In this document: positions 12,335-20,642 of the stretch, in pieces
Layout: the number at the start of each line of letters is the position of its first letter
Position numbering within the stretch: position 1 is the first letter of the stretch
Notes under the pieces: generated by a model
What the model saw: only the letters and a program-made list of their open reading frames with translations
Databases searched by the model: none
Told to the model about the DNA's origin: nothing
Program-made: the position numbers and the translations under genes
Origin: Acidobacteriota bacterium
GTDB lineage: Bacteria; Acidobacteriota; UBA6911; RPQK01; G965248645
Direction: 5' to 3'
Assembly (NCBI GenBank): GCA_965248645.1
Contig: OZ252113.1
Location: forward strand, 2,969,325 to 3,033,324
Length of the DNA stretch: 64,000 nucleotides

Positions 12335-12390
12335 AGCGGCCCCGGAATGCTTATACGACAAAGCTAATCCTGGGGCCGCTTCTCTTTTTA
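12335..12390 (+). terminator. GC-rich hairpin plus U tract in the transposase leader
   Basis: AGCGGCCCC/GGGGCCGCT followed by TCTCTTTTT. Confidence 0.55.
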
Positions 12391-12486
12391 GTCAGTGAAA
12401 ATTGCTAGGACGGGTTTGGTCGTGCCCATCTAGCAGTTTTCGGCGGGGGTTGTTTAGCGACTCCCGCCACATGAATAAACCCATCC

Positions 12487-12514
12487 ATCATATTCGCTCA
12501 CTCCGACACGTCAA
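12487..12514 (-). promoter_or_regulatory. Sigma70-like promoter pointing into the ncRNA cassette
   Basis: TTGACG-16 nt-TATGAT on the minus strand. Confidence 0.55.
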
Positions 12515-12561
12515 AAACGTCACCCCTATTGGTTAGAATAGTTCCTAAAAGGAGATTAGGA

Positions 12562-13503
12562 ATGGCTCAAAAAGCACCTGGAAAATCCCACAGAAAAGGG
12601 TTGTCGATAGTGGAGGTTATGCGGATGTTCCCCGACGATTCCACCGCCGAGAAGTGGATCGAGAAAACACGCTGGCCGAATGGGGTTGCATGCCCTCACT
12701 GTGGATCGGTGAATGTTCAAACCGGAGCCAAGCACCCGGATATGTCGTATCGTTGCCGGGATTGCCGTAAGTTCTTTTCCGTCCGCACCGGAACGGCCAT
12801 GCAGAACTCAAATCTGGGAGCTCAGATCTGGGTACTGGCCTCCTATCTTCTCTCCACGGGGATCAAAGGTACTTCCAGTATGAAGCTACACCGCGACCTC
12901 GGAATCACCCAAAAATCCGCTTGGCATCTGGCGCACCGAATCAGAGAATCCTGGACAAAGGATAAGGGACTTTTCTCAGGTCCGGTTGAAGTAGACGAAA
13001 CATACATCGGTGGCAAGGAGAAGAACAAGCGAAACTCCAAAAAGGTCAATGCCGGTCGCGGACCAGTTGGCAAAACTCCGGTGGCTGGTGCCAAGGATCG
13101 GGAAACCAACCGTGTCAGTGCCACCGTCATCCAGGGAACTACCCAGGATGAGCTAGAAGGCTTTATCCAGGATCGTGTCGAGCCCGGATCCACCGTCTAC
13201 ACAGACGATCACGGGGGTTACAATCGGCTCTGGCTGGATTTCAACCACGCCTCTGTCCGTCACAGCGTCAGGGAATTTGTGAAGGGTCAGGCCCACACCA
13301 ACGGCATTGAATCCTTCTGGGCCATGCTCAAGCGGGGCTACTACGGAACCTATCACCGCATGAGCGAGAAGCACCTGCAACGGTATGTCAATGAGTTTTC
13401 CGGTCGCCACAACATCCGCTCCCTGGATACCATCGACCAGATGGCCTCAGTAGCGAAGGGCATGGACGGGAAGCGGTTGCGGTATCGGGATCTGGTGGGG
13501 TGA
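12562..13503 (+). CDS. IS1595-family transposase
   Basis: Zn ribbon CPHC..CRDC, VEVDETY, YTDD and NGIESFWAMLKR motifs; AGGAG upstream of ATG 12562. Confidence 0.95.
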   Translation: MAQKAPGKSHRKGLSIVEVMRMFPDDSTAEKWIEKTRWPNGVACPHCGSVNVQTGAKHPDMSYRCRDCRKFFSVRTGTAMQNSNLGAQIWVLASYLLSTGIKGTSSMKLHRDLGITQKSAWHLAHRIRESWTKDKGLFSGPVEVDETYIGGKEKNKRNSKKVNAGRGPVGKTPVAGAKDRETNRVSATVIQGTTQDELEGFIQDRVEPGSTVYTDDHGGYNRLWLDFNHASVRHSVREFVKGQAHTNGIESFWAMLKRGYYGTYHRMSEKHLQRYVNEFSGRHNIRSLDTIDQMASVAKGMDGKRLRYRDLVG

Positions 13504-13513
13504 TTAGTGAGGA

Positions 13514-13720
13514 CTAGGATTCCTCGCGGAGGGCACGGTTGTCTAATGCCAGCTTTGCGTACTCGTCCGCGCTCATCCAATCACTCCCTTCCGGTATAGG
13601 AGTATCCACACGGATAGGCATAAATGGGCCTATTCTCCGGCAGATTCTCTCAAAATTCTCTGCAGCGCCCTTGAGCCTATCAAGAGGCTTAGATGCACTG
13701 AAATCCTCAAATTCCGACAT
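13514..13720 (-). CDS. Small hypothetical passenger protein (68 aa)
   Basis: GGAGGAGG RBS; overlaps the stop of the upstream protease gene. Confidence 0.55.
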   Translation of the reverse strand: MSEFEDFSASKPLDRLKGAAENFERICRRIGPFMPIRVDTPIPEGSDWMSADEYAKLALDNRALREES

Positions 13721-14585
13721 AAAATGCCTCCTCCTTACTCTCTACAGCTTTGCAGGCGTGTTGTGAAACGTAACCATCCGTCCGCGCATATAGTTCATAC
13801 ATATTTTCCCATAAAGTTTTATGAACGTCTAGGTCCTCTACCTTAAGGTCGCACCCCTTTGCTTCTGTGGCGAAAATAGGGCGACCGTGTGCCAAAGTTC
13901 CTGCTTCTGGATCTAAAAATACCTTAATCGCAGCCTTAATCTCATCGTCAGTCTTACCGTTTAGCATTCCGCTACTGAGAACCTTCACGGCTATACTATC
14001 GGCCAACGCTATTAGGGATCTGCAGGAATTGATCTCTCGGTCGTCATAATTGGCGAGCTGCTGGATATACGGCTCTAGGTGGCCGGTCGCAACAACGGCT
14101 TCCTTGAAAAGGCGATCATACCCTTGGACTAGTCCATACGCAGAGAAGCCACGCCGGACCCCATTCTCTTCTTTGATTATCTGTGGGTCTACTGGCCCTA
14201 GTTCCGAGGAGACGGCCATTAGGATCTTTGACGCTCCCATGCAAATTATGGTCGCAGCCGACTTCGCCTTACCCGGAACGATTGCCAAATAGTCTCCTGT
14301 GCCACTGTAGGAGCGGCACGTATTTACGATTCTCTCCGCAGCGAGTCCGTCTCCCCCGGGCGATGAAAGCATCAGCGCTAAGCCGTTAGATAAGTCTAGG
14401 CCCTGCAAGACGCTTTGAAGCATGTTGCAGTCAGCGTCGCTTATCGAGGCGAGGTGTTTGAAGCTCGTAAAGAAGGTAACGAGTGCGCGCCCTTCCAGGT
14501 GCTTTTCTACCGCAGAGAAGAGTTGCTTTCTGGTCTCTGGTGTTTGGCTCTGCTCGCCAAAAACCGTCTTATAGACATTTTTCAT
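13707..14585 (-). CDS. ClpP/crotonase-fold serine protease (SDH_sah/S49-like) passenger
   Basis: SPGGD, AKSAAT, ELGPVDPQ and HGRPI motifs. Confidence 0.85.
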   Translation of the reverse strand: MKNVYKTVFGEQSQTPETRKQLFSAVEKHLEGRALVTFFTSFKHLASISDADCNMLQSVLQGLDLSNGLALMLSSPGGDGLAAERIVNTCRSYSGTGDYLAIVPGKAKSAATIICMGASKILMAVSSELGPVDPQIIKEENGVRRGFSAYGLVQGYDRLFKEAVVATGHLEPYIQQLANYDDREINSCRSLIALADSIAVKVLSSGMLNGKTDDEIKAAIKVFLDPEAGTLAHGRPIFATEAKGCDLKVEDLDVHKTLWENMYELYARTDGYVSQHACKAVESKEEAFYVGI

Positions 14586-14743
14586 CCGTCCAGCCTAATC
14601 AGATTTCGCTGCCCCCCTCTGAGACACTACCCCAGAATGTACTTACAGAGGAGTTTGCCTCATGGGTTGTCTAACTTAGGGATAAGGGTGTCAAGCCCTA
14701 TTCTATGGTTGACGCTGAGGCTGTTCGGGGCTAGTATCTGAGC

Positions 14744-14914
14744 ATGGATTCTGACACGATGAAGGAAAAGGAACCGAAGGAGAATCCGAAACGAGGCCGA
14801 CCAGTCAAGCGGTCGATGCCAGAACCCATCCCAGACACGCCCGAGAACATCATGCGGTCGATCCTGAACACCCCACCTAAGAAGCGCGACGAATGGGCCT
14901 ACCTCAAGGACTAG
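14744..14914 (+). CDS. Small hypothetical passenger protein (56 aa, GRP..PEPIPDTPENI), possibly leaderless
   Basis: Hand-translated ORF; TTGACG-17-TAGTAT promoter ends ~6 nt before the ATG. Confidence 0.55.
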   Translation: MDSDTMKEKEPKENPKRGRPVKRSMPEPIPDTPENIMRSILNTPPKKRDEWAYLKD

Positions 14915-14988
14915 CCATAAATGGCTGCTCCCTACCTTGCTCTGGGGAGTGGCGTGGTCAATAGTAGAGGGAGCTAGTGCGGTAGGGA

Positions 14989-15240
14989 TCAGTCACGATT
15001 CTTAGTTAAGAATTCGTGGCCATTCCACGTCAGATTAAAAATTTCATAAGCAGGAGCCTGATCCAATCCCAAACTATGCCTATTAACGTGAAGGAACCCC
15101 GCCTAACTACACAGCCCAATGTGGTAATGAATCTGGACCTCTGAAAATTCTTCAAAGCTGGGAGCCCTTAAAGAAGACCCGTCTGCCTTTTCCTTAGCGT
15201 AGCGAAGAATCATAAAAATCAGCCTCATTTCTCGATTCAT
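14989..15240 (-). pseudogene. DUF2513-like winged-helix passenger with an in-frame TAG
   Basis: MNREMRLIFMILRY..HYHIGLCS*AGF..LTWNGHEFL; TAG at 15103-15105. Confidence 0.65.
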
Positions 15241-15360
15241 GGGAAACATTGTAACAGATTGGAAGGGTTCGCCATGCTACGCCAGATCTACATCTTTGAC
15301 AATCCAAATTATATCAAACCGACCACCCGTCCCGTTTGGTTAGGATCGTATATAATTCCC

Positions 15361-16882
15361 TGTTGTTAGAGGCGAAAGTCTCCGACTAGCTGACTACATG
15401 CTTGCTGCGCACAAAGTGTACGCTCAAGGAGCCAATCCAAGCCAACTGTCCAGAAAACTCAATCTTCGCGAAAAGACTTTAAAGAAATGGGTTGACTATC
15501 TGCGGCCAAACCAGCATTTCAGACCTCATCTATTGTCCTGGACCCAGTCTGAATATAGCGATCTAGCTGAAGTTGCTAAGACTTATCAGGAAAATTTCTG
15601 TTCACGTTTTAGTGACTGGATTAAGGAACTTTCCGGCTGGCGAAAACGAGTCAAACAAGCTCCCAATAAGGGGGAAGAAGAAAAAAACCAAAGTTTTTAG
15701 CCGGCAAGGATCGCTTCTTCTTTGAAGTCTATTTAAAAGACAAACCGGAAGAGAAAAAGGAGCAGACTCCGTTCATCATCAGCGAGTCTGACCATGACCT
15801 ATTCTCTCCAGAAACCGGGGAAGCGCTGAATAAACTTCAAGAAAAGATCAAACAATTAGAGGCGAACTCTCCTCCAGAACCCGATATGGCCAATGCGATA
15901 GAAGATGGAGAGGTGATCAACCAAAAGATATTTATCCGTGGCAACCCCAAGGACCTAGGAGAAATTGCACCGAAAGGATTTCCAAAGATTTTTGGCAGCG
16001 AGAATGTGAGCATAAACATTTTAAAAGGCAGTGGTCGATTACAACTGGCAAGATGGTTGACCCAACCGGATCATCCTTTACCGGCCCGGGTTATAGTCAA
16101 CAGAGTTTGGCAGTGGTACTTTGGGCAAGGCCTTGTCCGGACGCCGGACAATTGGGGGACCAAAGGTGAAAACCCGACTCATCCACAGTTACTCGATTAT
16201 CTCGCTCGAAGGTTTACGGAAAACGGTTGGTCCCTCAAGTATTTGCACCGCTTGATCATGGGGTCCAGTGTCTATCAAATGTCTAGTCTTCCGCCAGGAC
16301 AAAGCGTTGAGACCGACCCGAGAAATTTGCTGTTGTCTCGTTTTCCCCGCCGACGACTGGACATTGAGGAAATCCGCGACAGCATGCTCGCCCTTGACGG
16401 TTCCCTTGACCTCAAGATGGGAGGAACTCTGCAAACTGGAACTGGATTTCAACCAGAAAACAGCAGTGAGCGTCTAAGTCTCGACCCGGAGATTTTCCTC
16501 CTCCGCACGGTCTATCTTCCCCTGCGCCGGGCTAATCTACCTCCCTTACTCAGACTGTTTGACTTCGGTGACGCCACCACATCATCTGGGAAACGCCTTC
16601 AAACCAATGTGGCACCACAAGCATTATTCATGCTGAACAGTGAATTTGTGGATAAGAGGTCACGCAACTTGGTAAAGCTTCTTTTCGGTCCTGGATTTTC
16701 GACTCACCGTGAGAGACTAGAGAACGTATATCTTCGCACTCTGAGTAGATATCCCAACACCGAAGAGTTGAATCTTGCGTTAAGCTATATCAATGGGTTC
16801 CTCCAAAAATCCGATGCCTTTGAAAATAACCTCGATAACTGGCAAAGTTATTGCCGAATCCTGTTGTCTTCCAATGAATTCA
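15361..16882 (+). pseudogene. 3' part of the DUF1553/PSD1 gene
   Basis: GSGRLQLARW, VNRVWQWYFG, PTHPQLLDYLA, PQALFMLN and LLSSNEF motifs; frameshift near 15695; cut by the next IS. Confidence 0.85.
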
Positions 16883-17907
16883 ATGGGGTATCCACTGGAC
16901 TCAGGTAACCCCAACATCTTGTGGTTGGGCTCACGGGGCCTCGGCGTCCCAGTCGGCGACGATCGATCGATACGGCGTTGGGTCCACGGCGACTGCCTGC
17001 TGCACAAGGCGGTAGAAGAGTTTTCCCCGGCTGCGTGAGTTGCGCCGGTTGAAGCGGAACACAAACTCGTCGAGGTAGTAGTCCAGATGCTCGTGGCTAA
17101 CCGCACCTTGGTGCGTGCCCAGCAGCCAGCGCTTGAGCAACGAGATCGCTTGGTGCACCCTCGGCAATAATTCCGAGGCCTGCTTGCGGCGGCCCGACAG
17201 AAAGACGATGCGATGCTGGTAGCCCTTCTTCTCCAGCGGCTCGTAGCCCAGCCAGCCGTCGGTGTGCACCAAGCTTCCCGGCTCGACCGACTCCTCCACG
17301 AAGGGCATCAAACTGGCCGCCGATGCGTTCCGCAAGCGCTGCATGCAGATCCGTCCTAGCCCGCGTCCTCTCTCTTCCGCGGCTACTACAATCAATGCTT
17401 TACGCTCGTTCTGCCGGCCGCTCACACCCTCTTCCTCAGCGCCCCAATAGGTCTCATCGACCTCGACTACGTCCGCCAATCGCTCCCGCCCCGGACGCAC
17501 CATCGCTCGCCGCAGCTTGTGCATCCAGGTCCACGCAGTTTGATAGCTGCCCAACCCGAGAACGCGCTGCAGACCCAGCGCGCTGACCCCGTTATTTTGC
17601 GAAGTGACGTGCCAGATCGCCCGGAACCGCAGCGGCTTACGTGTGTCTTGGAAGATCGTGCCCGAGGTCACCGACGTCTGCCGCCCGCAGCGAGCGCATT
17701 CGAACCACACTTTGCGCACCGGCCAAGCCCGCTCATGCCCGCATCCCGGACAGCGGAAACCCTCCGGCCAGCGCAACGCGGACAGATAGTCGCGACAGGC
17801 CTCTTCGCTGGCGAAGCGTACCTCGAACTCGAGCAGGTCGCGTGGATAATCCTCCACGAAGGCACATACTACATCTTGGGGTCACCTGAGTAAAGTGGAT
17901 ATCAAAT
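16883..17907 (-). mobile_element. IS1595-family element (ISSod11-like)
   Basis: Imperfect TIRs TATCCACTGGACTCAGGTAACCCCAA / TATCCACTTTACTCAGGTGACCCCAA; higher GC than the flanks. Confidence 0.85.
16931..17857 (-). CDS. IS1595-family transposase
   Basis: CPGC..CARC, VEVDETY, HTDG, HQAISLLKR and HLDYYLDEF motifs. Confidence 0.92.
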   Translation of the reverse strand: MEDYPRDLLEFEVRFASEEACRDYLSALRWPEGFRCPGCGHERAWPVRKVWFECARCGRQTSVTSGTIFQDTRKPLRFRAIWHVTSQNNGVSALGLQRVLGLGSYQTAWTWMHKLRRAMVRPGRERLADVVEVDETYWGAEEEGVSGRQNERKALIVVAAEERGRGLGRICMQRLRNASAASLMPFVEESVEPGSLVHTDGWLGYEPLEKKGYQHRIVFLSGRRKQASELLPRVHQAISLLKRWLLGTHQGAVSHEHLDYYLDEFVFRFNRRNSRSRGKLFYRLVQQAVAVDPTPYRSIVADWDAEAP

Positions 17908-18936
17908 TCCGGTCAATGGTCGGAGAGGGAGTCGACCATGGGGCCGCTATGCTCCAAACGTTCACTGGCACAAGCACTTTTACTCGACCAAGCATGGGGG
18001 TCGTGGGTCGTTTATGGACTCGGAACTGAGAATCAAAATCTGCCCGGATTCGTCACCATCAAGCCAGCTCTGTCCCACGGTAGTGCTAAGAATTGGGGGT
18101 CCGCCTTTTTACCCGGAACCTATCAGGGCACGGCGATTGGCCATGGGGGACTCTACGTTGAAGACGTCAAGAAGGAACCAATCAGATATCTACTCAACAA
18201 GCGTTTTACTCCAGAGCTGGCACGCTATGAACTCGACATGTTGCAAAACATGAATCAGCGCCACCGTGCCTTACGACAGCATGACCCTGAACTGGAGGTT
18301 CGTATTCAGGCCTTTGAATTAGCCTTTCGGATGCAATCCGCAGCGCCAGAGGCTTTTGAGATTGAAAAGGAATCGGAGTCAACTAAACAACTCTATGGCT
18401 TGGATGATCCAATCACAAGCGATTTCGCTTGGCAGTGCCTATTGGCCAGAAGATTAGCCGAACGCGGTGTCCGCTATATTCAGTGCACTCACACCTATAT
18501 GCCAGGCGGCGTGGGTTGGGATCAACACGGAGAGCTTTTCGCCAAACATACGGAGAATGCTAGACAAGTGGACAAACCAATTGCCGGTTTACTCAAGGAT
18601 CTGAAGGCACGTGGTCTTCTTCAGGACACGCTGGTTATCTGGGCCGGAGAATTCGGGCGTACCCCAGTATCTCAGAACGGAGATGGGCGGGATCACAATC
18701 CCTATGGCTATTCCATCTGGATGGCTGGTGGAGGCGTAAAAGGGGGATTCATCTATGGGGCCACTGATGACTTTGGTTACCATGCGGTTCAAGACCGTAT
18801 GCATATCCATTACTTTCACGCTACCCTACTTCACCTTTTGGGACTGAACCACGAACAACTGACCTACTCTTACGGCGGCAGGGAATTCAGATTGACCGAT
18901 GTTGCTGGCGTTGTGGCCCAGAAGATTCTTAGTTGA
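17908..18936 (+). pseudogene. DUF1501 protein, N-terminus removed
   Basis: GSWVVYGLG, CLLARRLAERGVR, WDQH, GEFGRTP and GRDHNP motifs; Tat/N-terminal region missing. Confidence 0.85.
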
Positions 18937-19077
18937 CTAGTGTTCCATCTCAGAGATGCGGTCGCTATTGCTCCCCGCGCTCCGAGTTCCGGGTTTTTGT
19001 GGTTGCTTGCAGTGGCTTCTCCCACACATGATTTGTGGAAACTCAACCGACCAATGCAAAGACTCCCTCGCGCACAT

Positions 19078-19136
19078 TAGCCCGAAGCGCAAGCGAGGGA
19101 TCCTGTCTCAGTGAATTCCCTCAGTGCTATTCGGGC
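19078..19136. repeat. REP-like imperfect palindrome between convergent genes
   Basis: GCCCGAAGCGCAAGCGAGGGA...TCCCTCAGTGCTATTCGGGC. Confidence 0.45.
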
Positions 19137-19221
19137 GAGCCGATGCACCAGTCGGCCCCTACACTCCTCATCATTCCTGAATACCGGTAGACCTAAGACT
19201 GAGTGTGTCCCATTTAACCAA

Positions 19222-20526
19222 TCACACTTCTGCTAGCCGCTCTTTCGAGTCTCCAAACTCCTTCAGACGGATGCCGCATTTGTCGAGCATCGAAAGGTAG
19301 AGACTGCACATCTTGCGGTTCGGCTTGTCAAGGTAGTCTAGTACTCGACCACTCTGAATCTGGCCGCCGCCGCTACCGAGCAGTAGGACGGGCAGTTGGG
19401 TAGCATCGTGGCCACCCGTCAGCATGCTGGAACAGTACATCAACATCGAGTTGTCGAGTGCGGTTCGTTCACCTTCCTGGATCACGTCCAGCCTCCGAGC
19501 TATATAGGCGAATTGCTCCAGGAAGAACTGGTTGACTCTGAGCCAGTTGTCGTTGTTGAGGTGGGAGAGTTGATGGTGTCCTACATCAACATCGAGGTGT
19601 CGGAACAGCTGGTAGCTGTGATCGTTGTTGAGCTTGAGCGTACAGACGCGGGTGGTATCGGTCTGGAAACCGAGCACCAGGATGTCACACATCAGCCGCA
19701 TGTGCTCGGCGAGGTCCTGCGGAATACCGTCCGCCGGGCGGGGTCGGTCGGGTTTATCGAGCACTGGCCGCCACCCTTGTAACTCGCCCTTGCTGCCGGC
19801 CTGCTCGATGCGCTGCTCGATCTCACGCACCGAGTGAAGGTACTCGTCAAGCTTGTGTTGGTCAGCCGAGCTGATTTTCCGCCGGAAGCCATTTGCTTCG
19901 GCGAGCACTGCATCGAGCACGCTCTTGTCCCCGCGTTGCACTTCATCCTTGAAGAGTCGGTCGAAGGCAAGGGCGGGATAGAGTTCCAGTGGAGTGGGTG
20001 CAGTAGGAGAGCTCCACGAGATATGCGAGCTGTAGCGCATCGAATAATCCTTGTGAATTCCTGGATTTGACCTCTCGCAGCCGAGAACGAGACTCGGCAC
20101 CTTCGTTGATTGTCCATACCGCTGGGCAACGACCTGGTCGATGCTGATACCGGAACGAATCTCGCCACCCGAGGCGAGCGGTGCCCCGGAAAGAAGATTA
20201 CCGGTCTGTGAACTATGGATATTCCCCTTGAGAGCTTCCGCGTTGTAGAGCCCGCGGATGAAAAGCAGCTTCTGGCGGAAATCGGTCAACGGAGCAAGCA
20301 CCTGGCCCAATTCTATCTGCCTGCCTTCGCCCTTCGCCCACCATTCCTTGCTGTGAAACCCGTTTCCCGAAAACACCACCCCAAAACGCACCGGCGCCTG
20401 ACTCCCTCGCTTCACGGCCCCGGCGGCTTCTGTACCCCACACAGAAAGCGACTCCATCCAAGGTAACGCCATCGTGACTCCCACGCCACGCAGGAACGTT
20501 CGACGAGAAAAGTGATAGATTTTCAT
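19222..20526 (-). CDS. DUF1552 (HXXSHH) Tat-exported protein
   Basis: SRRTFLRG..LPW signal; ISIDQ, KLDEYL.SVRE.E and HHQLSH motifs. Confidence 0.9.
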   Translation of the reverse strand: MKIYHFSRRTFLRGVGVTMALPWMESLSVWGTEAAGAVKRGSQAPVRFGVVFSGNGFHSKEWWAKGEGRQIELGQVLAPLTDFRQKLLFIRGLYNAEALKGNIHSSQTGNLLSGAPLASGGEIRSGISIDQVVAQRYGQSTKVPSLVLGCERSNPGIHKDYSMRYSSHISWSSPTAPTPLELYPALAFDRLFKDEVQRGDKSVLDAVLAEANGFRRKISSADQHKLDEYLHSVREIEQRIEQAGSKGELQGWRPVLDKPDRPRPADGIPQDLAEHMRLMCDILVLGFQTDTTRVCTLKLNNDHSYQLFRHLDVDVGHHQLSHLNNDNWLRVNQFFLEQFAYIARRLDVIQEGERTALDNSMLMYCSSMLTGGHDATQLPVLLLGSGGGQIQSGRVLDYLDKPNRKMCSLYLSMLDKCGIRLKEFGDSKERLAEV

Positions 20527-20642
20527 GATTTACCTCACCAAAAAAGGACCTAAGTCTATGTGATCATTCCTACCTTACAGGTAATCCAACCAGACGGCCA
20601 ATCTTCAGCAAGCGACCGCGAGAAAAGACTACAAAACAGAAC

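Larger units (their letters stand above)
12184..15360 (+). mobile_element. IS1595-family (ISNwi1-group) transporter IS with passenger genes, copy 1 (3177 bp)
   Basis: 26-bp TIRs GGGAATTATATACGATCCTAACCAAA / TTTGGTTAGGATCGTATATAATTCCC; near-identical copy at 50364-53540; no target duplication visible. Confidence 0.93.

Noticed and set aside
12392-12472. 26-codon minus-strand ORF (MWRESLNN...) in the ncRNA leader
   Set aside because: No RBS, and it overlaps strong hairpins. There is no coding evidence, although its Trp second codon was noted.
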